A DNA stretch of 64,000 bases from an uncultured virus (IMG/VR IMGVR_UViG_3300008107_000141) (IMGVR_UViG_3300008107_000141); one strand, 5' to 3'; positions 31,633 through 42,415 are shown, counted from the first letter of the stretch. Notes: a model not told the origin generated them from the letters alone. Program-made: numbers and translations.

Positions 31633-32845
31633 CACAGAATCAAAACTAATAACTGCTGTATTGCAAGATAAACAAATACATGTTCTTCTTCAGGCCAATG
31701 TAGAAAATCTTCTCAGAACACATGCAGATATTTGGAACTTTATCAGGCTTTATTTTGAAAACAACTCATCGCTACCGCCAGTTGACCTAGTTAGTGAAAA
31801 GTTCAGAGACTTTGACCCAGTTCCAGGGGTGGGTGCAACCAAGCACCATCTTGATGAACTTCAGGGAGAATATTTAAGAGATAGCCTAAAAGATATTTTA
31901 AGATCTGCTGCTAGTGATGTTCAACAGGGTGAGGGCAACAAGGCTTTAGAAAATCTAATAACACAGACCTCAGAGTTAAAAAAGAACACTGCTGCTATTC
32001 GTGATATTGATGTTACTGACCTAGAGTCTGCTATCGCATATTTTGAAAATGTAAAGAAGCAACAAGCACTAGGTCATATTGGCATCAAGACTGGCCTGCC
32101 AGGATTTGATAACTACCTACCCTCTGGAATCATGCCAGGGCAGTTGGGAGTCTTCTTGGCATATCCAGGTATCGGAAAGTCGTGGTTGGCTCTCTATTTC
32201 GCTGTACAGGCCTGGAAACAGGGTCGTAGCCCACTGGTCATAAGTCTTGAAATGAGTGAGACAGAGGTGCGTAATCGTGTCTTTACAATTATGGGTGAAG
32301 GCCGTTGGTCACATAGAAAGTTGAGTAATGGAGAAGTAGAGTTAGATATGCTCAAAGACTGGCATGCCAAAAATCTACAGGGTAAACCAGAGTTTCATAT
32401 TATCTCAAACGATCAGGGTGGAGAAATTAATCCATCAGTCCTTCGTGGAAAGATCGATCAGTATAAGCCAGACTTTGTAATCGTTGACTACCTTCAGTTA
32501 ATGGCTCCTAATCAGAAGTCAGATAATGAAACGGTACGAATGAAGAACCTTTCAAGAGAACTCAAACTCATGGCTATTGGCGAAGAGGTTCCTATTATTG
32601 CTATCTCCTCTGCTACACCTGACGATGTAAACGATTTGTCTACAGTCCCAACACTTGGTCAAACAGCGTGGTCTAGGCAGATTGCGTATGATGCTGACTG
32701 GGTCTTAGCCCTTGGGCGAGGTACAAACAGTGATATTATTGAGTGTGCTTTTAGAAAGAATAGAAATGGCTTTATGGGAGATTTCCTAGTTCAGTGTGAT
32801 TTTGACAAAGGCTATTATAGGTACAAAGATTTTGAAGATAAGTAG
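31625..32845 (+). CDS. dnaB: Replicative DNA helicase
   Basis: Walker A AYPGIGKS, SLEMSE, IVDYLQLM, YDADWVL, KNRNG. Confidence 0.92.
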   Translation: MNSTESKLITAVLQDKQIHVLLQANVENLLRTHADIWNFIRLYFENNSSLPPVDLVSEKFRDFDPVPGVGATKHHLDELQGEYLRDSLKDILRSAASDVQQGEGNKALENLITQTSELKKNTAAIRDIDVTDLESAIAYFENVKKQQALGHIGIKTGLPGFDNYLPSGIMPGQLGVFLAYPGIGKSWLALYFAVQAWKQGRSPLVISLEMSETEVRNRVFTIMGEGRWSHRKLSNGEVELDMLKDWHAKNLQGKPEFHIISNDQGGEINPSVLRGKIDQYKPDFVIVDYLQLMAPNQKSDNETVRMKNLSRELKLMAIGEEVPIIAISSATPDDVNDLSTVPTLGQTAWSRQIAYDADWVLALGRGTNSDIIECAFRKNRNGFMGDFLVQCDFDKGYYRYKDFEDK

Positions 32846-32857
32846 GTATAATATGGT

Positions 32858-33211
32858 ATGCCAAAAAATAAGGAAAACATACCACCAGACTTTTATCATC
32901 ATAAGTCTTTGAGGAAGTTTTATATTGATGGGGTTATTCAGGACGAGGCTTTAATAGGAAGATTAAAGATAGAATATATAAGATTGCTAGTATCAGAAAT
33001 GAGGCTGAGTGGATATGTTCCAAGATTTGATATTGACCCAGACTTCACAATAAGGTATAATGAGATAAAAGGGTTTTTTGAGTTTGAATTATCTATACAC
33101 GGAGTTTACGCAGGGAAAAGGAAGAGCGAATGGATAGCAGGGGTAGACGGAACCAATCCAATCAATATACCGCAGAACAAGTCAAGAGAGTCCTTACGGG
33201 ATCAGGCGTAA
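32858..33211 (+). CDS. Hypothetical protein
   Basis: 117-aa ORF with TATAAT 5 nt upstream of the ATG. Confidence 0.6.
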   Translation: MPKNKENIPPDFYHHKSLRKFYIDGVIQDEALIGRLKIEYIRLLVSEMRLSGYVPRFDIDPDFTIRYNEIKGFFEFELSIHGVYAGKRKSEWIAGVDGTNPINIPQNKSRESLRDQA

Positions 33212-34074
33212 CAGTTGAATCAGAATTAGATGCAGACTTTATAATATTTTGTCCTTTTCACAATAATCACAGAACCCCAGCAGGAGAAGTTCAAAAAAAT
33301 AGCGGAATGTTTTTTTGTTTTTCATGCCAAAAATCAGCAGATCTAATAGAACTTGTAATGCACACATCTGGAAGATCTTATTTTGAGGCTGCTAGGTTTA
33401 TCAAGAGCAAAGAAAAGCAGAGTAATCTTGCTATAGATATTGATCGTGCATTAGTTGAAGAAGAAAAGTATAAGCCTTTTGATGAACTAATTATTAAAAG
33501 ATTACACAACAACCTTGTTGCCTCTGAAAGACCAAAAAACTATTTTTCATATAGAAAAATATATCCTCCATCATTTTCTAAGTTCTCATTGGGCTATTCC
33601 GATAAACAAGACATGGTTACTGTTCCAGTTCATAGCCCAGAAGGAATCCCTTTGGGATTTGTTGGTAGATCAGTTGAAGGTAAAGATTTTAAGAATACTC
33701 CAGGTTTGCCAAAAAGCAAAACCCTTTTTAACTTGCATCGTGTAAAGAAATCTGATAGAGTATATGTTGTGGAGTCATCATTTGATGCTATCAGGCTAGA
33801 TCAATTAGGAATGCCTGCAGTGGCAACGCTTGGCGCAAATGTCTCTAGCAAACAAATAGAATTGCTTCAAAAGTATTTCAATAACATTATTGTTATTGCT
33901 GATAATGATGAGGCAGGTGGAAACATGAAAGACAGGATAATTGAAAAACTTGGATCTCGTGTTTCTATAGTTAAACTAAATAAACAATATAAAGATATAG
34001 GCGATATGACTGATAATGAAATAAAAGATTTAGACTTTTCATTTGACAAATCTATAGAGTCTATGCTAAACTAA
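33130..34074 (+). CDS. dnaG: DNA primase (Zn finger + TOPRIM)
   Basis: CPFH...CFSC zinc finger; VVESSFDA and ADNDEAG TOPRIM motifs. Confidence 0.88.
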   Translation: MDSRGRRNQSNQYTAEQVKRVLTGSGVTVESELDADFIIFCPFHNNHRTPAGEVQKNSGMFFCFSCQKSADLIELVMHTSGRSYFEAARFIKSKEKQSNLAIDIDRALVEEEKYKPFDELIIKRLHNNLVASERPKNYFSYRKIYPPSFSKFSLGYSDKQDMVTVPVHSPEGIPLGFVGRSVEGKDFKNTPGLPKSKTLFNLHRVKKSDRVYVVESSFDAIRLDQLGMPAVATLGANVSSKQIELLQKYFNNIIVIADNDEAGGNMKDRIIEKLGSRVSIVKLNKQYKDIGDMTDNEIKDLDFSFDKSIESMLN

Positions 34075-34098
34075 TACAAACACACAAAGGAGAAAACT

Positions 34099-34755
34099 AT
34101 GAGCGTTATTAAGGGACTAAAAAATATCAATGCCCTGCTCGATAAGCCAAAATATGAAAACGACGGACCAAAGATCAAGTGGCTAAAACTTGCTGATGGT
34201 CAGTCAGTAAAAATCCGTTTCATTGAAGAACTAGACGAAGACTCTGCTAACTATAACGATAGCCGTGGACTTGCTCTTGTTGTCAAAGAACATGTTAATC
34301 CAAAAGACTATAAGCGTCGTGCTGTAGACACTATGGAATCAGAAGGCCGTGACTGGGCTGAAGAAATGCACCGTAAAGATCCAAAGGCTGGATGGCGTGG
34401 CCGTCTTCGCTTTTATTGCAATGTCCTAGTCGACGACGGCATTGAGGCACCATATGTTGCTATCTGGTCAATGGGTATCAGCAAGCAATCATCATTTAAT
34501 ACAATTCGTGAGTATGCCCTAGAAACAGGAAGCATCTCAAATGTAGTTTGGAAGTTGAAGCGTAATGGCCAGGGAACTGAAACAAACTATACACTTATTC
34601 CATCAGCACCAGACAAGGAGCCATTTGACTGGAAGGGTATCGAACCATATCCTTTGGAGTCAGCGCTTAAGAAGGTTCCTTACGCAGAACAAGAAGCGTT
34701 CTACTTGGGCTTTGATGGTCCGTCAGTAACTTCGTCCACCAACACTGATTGGTAA
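34099..34755 (+). CDS. Putative single-stranded DNA-binding protein
   Basis: WLKLADGQSVKIRF, KLKRNGQGTETNY, acidic/Trp C-terminus; lies between primase and polymerase. Confidence 0.6.
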   Translation: MSVIKGLKNINALLDKPKYENDGPKIKWLKLADGQSVKIRFIEELDEDSANYNDSRGLALVVKEHVNPKDYKRRAVDTMESEGRDWAEEMHRKDPKAGWRGRLRFYCNVLVDDGIEAPYVAIWSMGISKQSSFNTIREYALETGSISNVVWKLKRNGQGTETNYTLIPSAPDKEPFDWKGIEPYPLESALKKVPYAEQEAFYLGFDGPSVTSSTNTDW

Positions 34756-34756
34756 G

Positions 34757-37700
34757 ATGAACTACGTAGGCTTACATGTCCATACCCACTTTAGTCTTTT
34801 TGACGGGATTGCTACTCCAGAAGAATTAGTAGACCGAGCAGTTGAACTTGGTATGCCAGCATTGGCTATCACAGATCACGGAACATTGTCTGGGCATCGG
34901 GAACTGTACCGAGTTGCAAAAGCAAAGGGCATTAAGCCTATTCTTGGGCTAGAAGGATATATGTGTTCTGATATATCCGATAAGCGTGATAAGAATGAAA
35001 GAGAAGGTCAACAAGATCTTGTCTATAATCACATTATCCTTCTAGCCAAGAATAAAATTGGTTTAGAAAATCTAAATAAGATAAGCGAAATAGCATGGAC
35101 TGATGGCTTCTTTAAAAAGCCTAGGTTTGATTTTAAGATATTAGAAAAATATAAAGAAGGAATTATTGTTTCTTCTGCATGCCCAAGCAGTGTTCTAGTA
35201 AAGGCTTTAGAAGAAGAAGAATTTGCACTCGCTAAAAAGTATATTAGTTGGTTTAAAGATAACTTCGGCAGTGATTATTATATTGAGGTTATGCCACACA
35301 ACGAAGCCCACATAAATAAATACCTTTTGGATTTAGCAGATGAGTTTAACATTAAGGCTATTGTTACTCCAGACTGCCATCATTCTCACCCAGGGCAAAA
35401 AGAAATTCAAGAATTTAAACTAATTATGAATACCCATGCCAAACTTTCTAAAGATGTTTCTTATGCTAAGTCGGCAAAGTGTTCTAACATGATGGACAGG
35501 CTGGACTTGCTTTATGGTAAAGATAGAGAGATAACATTTAATAAGTTTGATATTCATTTGCTTTCTTATGAAGAGATGAAGGCAGCCATGAAATCGCAGG
35601 GTATTGATAGAGAAGATATATACACAAACACATTATCGCTTGCAGACACTGTAGAAGACTATGAAATTCAAGAAGGCTTAAACTTGCTGCCAGTTCAGTA
35701 TAAGAGTCCAGATAAGGAACTTGCAAAGATTGCTTTGGAAGGTTTGACAGCAAGAGGGTTGTCTGAAAACAAGCAGTATATAGACAGGCTTAACGAAGAG
35801 TTGGAAATTATCAAGGATAAAAAGTTTGCTCCATACTTCTTGGTTGTTAGCAACATGATTAACTGGGCAAAGAAGGAAGAAATTCTAGTTGGACCTGGTC
35901 GTGGATCATCTGCTGGGTCTTTGGTTTGCTATGCCCTTGGAATTACAGATATAGATCCAATTCAACACAACCTATTGTTCTTCCGATTTATTAACCCAGA
36001 CCGTAATGACTTTCCAGATATTGACACAGATATTCAGGATACTAGGCGTGAAGAGGTTAAAGACTATCTTGTAAGACAGTATCGACATGTAGCATCTATT
36101 GCAACATTCCTTCAGTTTACTGGTAAAGGAATTGTTAGAGACGTTGCCAGAGTTCTAAACATTCCTTTGTCAGATGTAAACAAGGTTCTAAAGACAGTAG
36201 ATTCGTGGGATGATTACTGTACATCAAAATCAACATTAGAGTTTCGTGAAAAATATCCAGAGGTAGAAGAATATGGTGAACAACTTCGTGGTCGTATTAG
36301 GGGAACTGGTATTCATGCTGCTGGTGTAGTTACTAGTAAGGATCCAATTTTTAGGTATGCACCGTTGGAAACTCGTTCTTCTCCTGGATCTGATGATCGC
36401 ATACCAGTTGTCGGTATTGATATGGAAGAGGCTGAAAAGGTTGGCCTTATTAAAATAGATGCATTAGGACTAAAGACTTTGTCTGTTCTAAAAGACACTA
36501 TTAACATAATTAAAGAGCGTGACGGTAAAAAGATTGACCTTCTTAAAATAGATATGGATGATAAAAATGTTTATCAGATGCTGTCAGATGGATATACAAA
36601 GGGCGTGTTCCAGTGTGAAGCAGCACCATATACAAATCTACTAATTAAGATGGGTGTAAAAAATCTAGCAGAACTTGCTGCTTCAAATGCTCTTGTTCGT
36701 CCAGGCGCAATGAATACAATTGGAAAAGATTATGTTGATCGTAAACATGGTCGTCAGAACATATCCTATATTCATCAAGTTGTAAAAGAATTTACAGAAG
36801 AAACCTATGGCTGTATTCTTTACCAAGAGCAGGTTATGCAGGCTTGCGTACATCTTGGCGGTATGTCCATGTCTGAGGCTGACAAGGTTCGTAAGATTAT
36901 TGGTAAGAAAAAAGATGCTAAAGAGTTTGACATATTCAAGGATAAGTTTGTAGAGGGTGCTTCTCGTTTTATTAGCCCAAACAATGCTCGTGACTTGTGG
37001 CATGATTTTGAGGCTCACGCAGGGTATTCATTTAATAAGTCCCATGCAGTAGCATACTCAACGCTATCATATTGGACTGCATGGCTAAAGTATTATTATC
37101 CACTAGAGTTTATGTTTGCACTTCTAAAGAATGAAAAGGATAAAGATGCAAGAACTGAATATCTTATTGAAGCGAAAAGAATGGGTATTAGCATTAAACT
37201 ACCTCACATTAACGATTCGGATATTGATTTTAAGATTGAGGGTAAGGGTATTCGGTTTGGACTCTCGGCAATCAAGTTTATCTCTGATAAGATTGCAGAA
37301 CGATATATATCGGCACGACCTTTTAAGTCTTACAAAGAACTTGAAGAGTTTACCTTCACAAAGGGCAATGGAGTAAACTCTCGTGCACTTCAGGCACTTC
37401 GTGTAATTGGTGCAGCAACATTTCCAGATAATCCTAGAAATGATCAAGAGATTAAAGAAAATTTATATGAATATTTAAATCTTCCAGAATTTAATATTAC
37501 AATACCTTCACACTATTATGCCTTCATTCAGGATATTGTTGATTTTGAAGAAAAGGGATCTTATATATTTATGGGTATGGTAAAATCTATTAAGAGGGGA
37601 ACAGGATGGTCACGAGTTGAAATTTTGGACAAGACTGGGTCTGTCGGTATATTTGATGATGAAAATACCGCTATTGAGACGGGTCGTTCTTACTTGGTCC

Positions 37701-38032
37701 TTTGTAACGATAATAGGATTGTATCTTTCATACCGTCTGACGAGATAAAAAGTTCGTCACATGCATTGGTTAAATTTTTAGGATATAAGCAATTGCCATA
37801 CAAAGATGATGAGATGTTTGTTGTTTCTTTTAAGCCCAGAGTCACCAAGACAGGGAAGAAGATGGCATCGCTAACTTTGGCAGATACAAAAAGAGATCTG
37901 CACTCAATAACAGTATTTCCAACATCTTTTGCAAAAGCATACATGCATATTGAAGAAGGAAAGTATTATAAGTTTGATTTTGGAAAAACAAAAGACGGAA
38001 CCGTAACATTGGAGGATGTACATGTCAGTTAG
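34757..38032 (+). CDS. dnaE: DNA polymerase III alpha subunit
   Basis: PHP HVHTHFSLFDG, GRGSSAGSL, PDIDTD, HAAGVV, KIDALGL, YSFNKSHAVAY. Confidence 0.95.
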   Translation: MNYVGLHVHTHFSLFDGIATPEELVDRAVELGMPALAITDHGTLSGHRELYRVAKAKGIKPILGLEGYMCSDISDKRDKNEREGQQDLVYNHIILLAKNKIGLENLNKISEIAWTDGFFKKPRFDFKILEKYKEGIIVSSACPSSVLVKALEEEEFALAKKYISWFKDNFGSDYYIEVMPHNEAHINKYLLDLADEFNIKAIVTPDCHHSHPGQKEIQEFKLIMNTHAKLSKDVSYAKSAKCSNMMDRLDLLYGKDREITFNKFDIHLLSYEEMKAAMKSQGIDREDIYTNTLSLADTVEDYEIQEGLNLLPVQYKSPDKELAKIALEGLTARGLSENKQYIDRLNEELEIIKDKKFAPYFLVVSNMINWAKKEEILVGPGRGSSAGSLVCYALGITDIDPIQHNLLFFRFINPDRNDFPDIDTDIQDTRREEVKDYLVRQYRHVASIATFLQFTGKGIVRDVARVLNIPLSDVNKVLKTVDSWDDYCTSKSTLEFREKYPEVEEYGEQLRGRIRGTGIHAAGVVTSKDPIFRYAPLETRSSPGSDDRIPVVGIDMEEAEKVGLIKIDALGLKTLSVLKDTINIIKERDGKKIDLLKIDMDDKNVYQMLSDGYTKGVFQCEAAPYTNLLIKMGVKNLAELAASNALVRPGAMNTIGKDYVDRKHGRQNISYIHQVVKEFTEETYGCILYQEQVMQACVHLGGMSMSEADKVRKIIGKKKDAKEFDIFKDKFVEGASRFISPNNARDLWHDFEAHAGYSFNKSHAVAYSTLSYWTAWLKYYYPLEFMFALLKNEKDKDARTEYLIEAKRMGISIKLPHINDSDIDFKIEGKGIRFGLSAIKFISDKIAERYISARPFKSYKELEEFTFTKGNGVNSRALQALRVIGAATFPDNPRNDQEIKENLYEYLNLPEFNITIPSHYYAFIQDIVDFEEKGSYIFMGMVKSIKRGTGWSRVEILDKTGSVGIFDDENTAIETGRSYLVLCNDNRIVSFIPSDEIKSSSHALVKFLGYKQLPYKDDEMFVVSFKPRVTKTGKKMASLTLADTKRDLHSITVFPTSFAKAYMHIEEGKYYKFDFGKTKDGTVTLEDVHVS

Positions 38033-38899
38033 TATCGAAGAAGCATTAGCACAGTTAGACCCAAAGTTAAGAAAGAAACTTGGCAGTGGTATCGGAGTAA
38101 ACTTTGAATATCAGCCCACACCCAGTTTCGGATTAAACAAGGCGTTAGGTGGAGGCTTGCCATATGGTAGACAGGTGTTGATTTGGGGAAGCAAGTCTTC
38201 TGCCAAGTCTTCTATGTGTCTTCAGATGATTGCCCTTGCACAAGCCGAAGGTAAATTGTGTGCTTGGATTGACTCAGAGATGTCATACTCAGAAGACTGG
38301 GCTAGAAAGATGGGGGTAGATCCAGAAAAATTAATCTACTCACAGGCTAGAACAATCAGTGACATGGTTGATGTAGGAGTAGCCCTAATGAATGCGGGGG
38401 TAGATTTAATTGTGGTAGACTCTATTACATCAATGCTTCCTGCAATTTATTTTGAAAAGGACACTGATGAGATGAAGGCTTTGGAAAATACAAAGCAGAT
38501 TGGAGCAGAGTCTCGTGACTTTAGTAACGCATGGAAAATGCTTAATTATGCAAACAATAAAGTTAAGCCAACTTTGCTTGTTCTTATTTCTCAGTCTCGT
38601 AACAATATCAATGCTATGTATACTAGCCAGCAGCCTTCTGGTGGTCAGGCTACTAAGTTTCTCCAGGATTTCAATCAGGAGAATACGATTTCTATTTTAG
38701 AGGAGACGTATTAGGAGTAGACGCAATTGCTGATCTTGTTGACACAGCAGAGTCTATGGGTTTTGTAGAGCGTACAGGAGCATGGTATATTCTTCCAGAC
38801 GGAACTAAGATTCAGGGAAGAGAAGGATTTATTAATAGGGTAAGAGAGGATCTTGATCTACAAGATATGATTAAGAATAAAATTAGTGGACAAGTATAG
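38022..38899 (+). pseudogene. recA: RecA-like recombinase interrupted by internal deletion plus frameshift at ~38660
   Basis: Walker A GSKSSAKS, VVDSI and GGQATKF are present. The C-terminal domain (SPGFQSGEYDFY...GAWY) continues in another frame at 38660..38899, and the intervening conserved segment is missing. Confidence 0.8.
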
Positions 38900-39071
38900 C
38901 GTTTACGAAGGAAAGTTTCCTTGTAAGGTTTGTAAAAAAGAAGTAAAAACTATTAGAGTATATCTTGCAACTGGTATGGCGTCTTGGATGTGTTCTGATA
39001 AACACTTGTCTGAAGTTCAGTTGTTTAAGGTTGGTTATAAGAAAAGGAAGGTCAATGAGCGAGAAGAGTGA
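38886..39071 (+). CDS. Small zinc-binding protein
   Basis: CKVC...C..KH. Confidence 0.55.
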   Translation: MDKYSVYEGKFPCKVCKKEVKTIRVYLATGMASWMCSDKHLSEVQLFKVGYKKRKVNEREE

Positions 39072-39336
39072 AAGTAAAAGAATAGGTGCCAAGCAGCACA
39101 AAAACTCTGGTCGCAATACTAAAAAGGGTGACGCTTCCTGGAAAAATTTTGTTGTAGACTTTAAAGAGGTTGGAAAATCTTTTACATTAAATAAAGAGGT
39201 GTGGGCAAAGGCTACCACCGATGCTATAAAGAATGGAAAAGACCCAGCCATAGTTGTGGTTATTGGCGAGGGTAACGCCAAGGTCAGACTTGCTATAATT
39301 GAAATGAGTATTTTAGAACAACTAACGGAGGAATAA
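39055..39336 (+). CDS. Holliday-junction-resolvase-like PD-(D/E)xK protein
   Basis: NSGR...KGDA....VVDFKE motif; start set at ATG 39055. Confidence 0.6.
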   Translation: MSEKSESKRIGAKQHKNSGRNTKKGDASWKNFVVDFKEVGKSFTLNKEVWAKATTDAIKNGKDPAIVVVIGEGNAKVRLAIIEMSILEQLTEE

Positions 39337-39641
39337 TGGAGCAACAACAAACAACAATAGATATGGTAAATGGTTTGGCAGAGATTGCAGACTATATGGA
39401 TGATCAGGAGTTGACAACGGCTCTTACTTTCATTGCTAAGATTATTATAAAGCCAGACATACCACTTAATGTAGCAACGGTAGAGATAGTTAGGCTACAG
39501 GCAATTGCAGCAAAGATGTCTCTCAAGGCCACTTGGATGGCAAATGTAGACAAGTCTGATAGAGGGAAAAAGAATCTTTACTACACTGCAGCAGAGTCAA
39601 TCAACAATCTTGTTTCTGCTTTAAAGTACATAATCCGATAA
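39336..39641 (+). CDS. Hypothetical helical protein
   Basis: SD GGAGG; coupled ORF. Confidence 0.6.
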   Translation: MEQQQTTIDMVNGLAEIADYMDDQELTTALTFIAKIIIKPDIPLNVATVEIVRLQAIAAKMSLKATWMANVDKSDRGKKNLYYTAAESINNLVSALKYIIR

Positions 39642-39675
39642 TCTGCTATACTTATACTAACAGAAACGAGTTAAA

Positions 39676-40491
39676 ATGACAAAAAATTTACTACATACAG
39701 TTATGATAAAACAAGAAGAAAAGCCAGTTCACTCTATGGATATTGCTGCCCTAGAAGCAAAGATTAAAGAAGGATATACGATTAATCGTGTAGATAAGCA
39801 CACTGTCAAAAAGACTTTTGCCCCTTCAACCATTGCATATGGGCACGGAGAGTGTGCAAGATATTGGTATCTTGCTTTTGATGGTCAAATGTTTGAAGAT
39901 AATGCAGATGCATATGCAGCAGCAAATATGACTGCTGGAACACTATCACACGCCAGAATTCAGGCAGCAATGATGAATTCGGGGGTAGCAAAAATATATC
40001 GCAATGATGATAACGAATCAACCACTGAGTTTAAGATCACCCACAGCGATCCTCCTATCTTTGGATACGGAGATGTTATGCTTGATTGGCAAGGTGAAGA
40101 ACTCATTGGTGAAATTAAAACAATGATGAATGAAGGTTTTGAATATAGAAAGGCATCTGGTAAAGCCAAGACTGGACACCTTATGCAACTACTTATCTAT
40201 ATGAAGATTTTAAAACGGCCAAAGGGTGTTATGATTTATGAAAATAAAAACAATCATGAACTTCTTTTGATTCCCGTAGAAGTAAACGATCATTACCGTC
40301 GGTGGGTAGACCAGGCATTTGATTGGATGAGGACAGTTCGAAAGGCATGGGAAGATAAAACTTTACCAGTCAAGAACTATAGATCTAATTCCAAGATATG
40401 CAAGTCATGCCCAATCAAAAAGGCATGCGAGTCTGCAGGGACAGGCGTAATTAAAATAGCGCCCCTGGAGATTCTTGGTGAGACATTGTAA
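39676..40491 (+). CDS. Cas4-like PD-(D/E)xK exonuclease
   Basis: PS.....C.R, GT..H, D..GEIKT, QLLIY and C-terminal CKSC....C (split Fe-S ligands). Confidence 0.8.
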   Translation: MTKNLLHTVMIKQEEKPVHSMDIAALEAKIKEGYTINRVDKHTVKKTFAPSTIAYGHGECARYWYLAFDGQMFEDNADAYAAANMTAGTLSHARIQAAMMNSGVAKIYRNDDNESTTEFKITHSDPPIFGYGDVMLDWQGEELIGEIKTMMNEGFEYRKASGKAKTGHLMQLLIYMKILKRPKGVMIYENKNNHELLLIPVEVNDHYRRWVDQAFDWMRTVRKAWEDKTLPVKNYRSNSKICKSCPIKKACESAGTGVIKIAPLEILGETL

Positions 40492-40762
40492 CTTTTGCGA
40501 TAAACAATTTGATCAATCAGTATCGTATCAGATATATTGTTCAGTAGAATGCAGAGACCTTGCAACAAAAGAAAAAATTGCTGCAAGGTATTTGCAATCA
40601 AAAAGAGCAAAAAGAAAAGGAAAGGTAAGGCCTTGCAAATCTTGTTCAATGCCATTATCAATATACAATGACCATCAAATTTGCAATACATGCTCTGTCA
40701 ACCCAGATGCAGTTGCTAAAGCACTAAAAAAGATTAAGGATAGGACTAATGGTAAAAAATAA
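40475..40762 (+). CDS. Cys-rich zinc-finger protein
   Basis: CNFC, YCSVEC, CKSC, CNTC. Confidence 0.65.
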   Translation: MVRHCNFCDKQFDQSVSYQIYCSVECRDLATKEKIAARYLQSKRAKRKGKVRPCKSCSMPLSIYNDHQICNTCSVNPDAVAKALKKIKDRTNGKK

Positions 40763-41339
40763 ATGGGGCATCGAAGTTAGGCCAGAGAGAATCTGCGCTA
40801 TTGATGCCAGCACTAATAGTCTTGCATATGCTACATTTCATAATGATAAGTTAAAAGAAGTTGGAAAAATAACTTTTGAGGGTAAAGACATATACGAAAA
40901 GGTTATTGATGCTGGAAAAAAATCAAAGGCATTGTTTGATCATATTATAAATGTTGATGCAATTGTTATTGAGCATACGGTATTTATGAACAGCCCTAAA
41001 ACTGCTGCAGACTTGGCTTTAGTTCAGGGTGCTCTTCTTGGTGCTGCTGGACAGTCTGGTATCCAAACCATAGGCAAGGTTGCTCCCATTACATGGCAAA
41101 ATTATATAGGAAACAAAAAAATTTCTAAAGATGAACAACTATATATTAGGTCACAAAACCCAGGTAAATCTGAGTCTTGGTACAAAACATATGAACGTAA
41201 TTTAAGAAAAGAAAGAACAATTAGATTTATTAATACTATATATGATAGAAATATTGAAGATAATGATGCTGCAGATGCCTGCGGTATAGGTCATTGGGCA
41301 ATAAATAATTGGGGTAAGGCTTTGGGGGTTGACAAATAA
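40749..41339 (+). CDS. RuvC-like resolvase
   Basis: AIDAS, IVIE, DAADACGI catalytic pattern. Confidence 0.75.
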   Translation: MVKNKWGIEVRPERICAIDASTNSLAYATFHNDKLKEVGKITFEGKDIYEKVIDAGKKSKALFDHIINVDAIVIEHTVFMNSPKTAADLALVQGALLGAAGQSGIQTIGKVAPITWQNYIGNKKISKDEQLYIRSQNPGKSESWYKTYERNLRKERTIRFINTIYDRNIEDNDAADACGIGHWAINNWGKALGVDK

Positions 41340-41343
41340 CATC

Positions 41344-41499
41344 ATGGCTGCTAAACTATATACAAGCGAGACTTATATGCGTAAGAGGTATCTTATGGAT
41401 AAAAAGACTCCAGAAGAAATAGCAAAAGAATGTGGGGTTAGCGTGGAGACAATCTATGTATATCTTGCTAAATTTAAATTAAGGAAGTCTAGACGATGA
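41344..41499 (+). CDS. Small HTH protein (not in ORF track)
   Basis: MAAKLYTSETYMRKRYLMDKKTPEEIAKECGVSVETIYVYLAKF... Confidence 0.7.
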   Translation: MAAKLYTSETYMRKRYLMDKKTPEEIAKECGVSVETIYVYLAKFKLRKSRR

Positions 41500-41630
41500 A
41501 AAAAGTATTGCTACCTATTGTTGTATTTATTGGAGTTTTTTCTGCTTTAGCGGGAATAACACTAATTAGGCTATCTAAGAGTATGGAAGATTGGGAAGCA
41601 TCGTGGGAAGAGGATGAAGATGAGTTCTGA
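41496..41630 (+). CDS. Small single-pass membrane protein (not in ORF track)
   Basis: MKKVLLPIVVFIGVFSALAGITLIRL plus an acidic tail; coupled to the upstream gene. Confidence 0.55.
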   Translation: MKKVLLPIVVFIGVFSALAGITLIRLSKSMEDWEASWEEDEDEF

Positions 41631-41892
41631 GACACAATTCACAATCGCTCAGGTTTGTGATGAAATTAAGGAAATGCTTATTGCTAAGAATAAGTCCTAT
41701 GGAGACTCTGCTTTAAATCCAGTTAGAATTTTTGCTACCTCTGATAGTGTAGAGCAGTTGCATGTTCGTATTGATGACAAGTTATCTAGAATAACTAGGG
41801 GTGGATCTTATGTCGGAGACAATGATATAGACGACCTTATTGGATATTTGATATTGCTAAAAATAGCAAGGGAGTTAAATGGTGTCAACTGA
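41614..41892 (+). CDS. DUF1599/nucleotide-modification-associated-like protein
   Basis: KNKSYGDS...RIDDKLSRI...DLIGYLIL. Confidence 0.65.
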   Translation: MKMSSETQFTIAQVCDEIKEMLIAKNKSYGDSALNPVRIFATSDSVEQLHVRIDDKLSRITRGGSYVGDNDIDDLIGYLILLKIARELNGVN

Positions 41893-42415
41893 AGATGATT
41901 TAGTTAAGCACCTTGATCAGGTTAATCAGGTAGTAGAAGAATATCTGAAGGGTAACGATCCAACTGCAATTTCAAAACAACTTGCAATACCAAGACAAAA
42001 AGTTGTTACACTTATTAATGAGTGGAAGGTAATGGCTTCTGCTAATGACGCTATTCGTGCTCGTGCTAAAGAGGCACTTGCTGCAGCAGACACACATTAT
42101 AGTAAACTAGTATCTCGTACATACGAAGTTATTGATGAAGCATCAATGACAAATAACCTTAGTGCAAAAACTGCTGCTATTAAACTTGTAATGGACATTG
42201 AGTCTAAAAGAATTGACATGCTACAAAAGGCTGGTCTTCTTGAGAACAAAGAACTAGCAGAAGAAATGATTCAGATAGAAAGACGGCAAGAAGTTTTGAT
42301 GGGAATTCTTCGTGACATAGCGTCTGAGTATCCGCAGATACGAGATGAGATTATGCGTAGGCTTTCTGATATTGCTAAAAAGGATGAAGTGATTACAATT
42401 GTCCACGATGTTTGA
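41879..42415 (+). CDS. Putative terminase small subunit
   Basis: N-terminal HTH plus helical region, directly upstream of TerL. Confidence 0.55.
   Translation: MVSTEDDLVKHLDQVNQVVEEYLKGNDPTAISKQLAIPRQKVVTLINEWKVMASANDAIRARAKEALAAADTHYSKLVSRTYEVIDEASMTNNLSAKTAAIKLVMDIESKRIDMLQKAGLLENKELAEEMIQIERRQEVLMGILRDIASEYPQIRDEIMRRLSDIAKKDEVITIVHDV

Noticed and set aside
38650..38670. Programmed -1 frameshift in recA
   Set aside because: There is no canonical slippery heptamer, and a conserved internal segment is missing, so recoding could not yield full RecA.
39676..40491. Cas4-like nuclease as sign of a CRISPR system
   Set aside because: No repeat-spacer array or other cas genes were seen; solo Cas4-like exonucleases are common in phage recombination modules.
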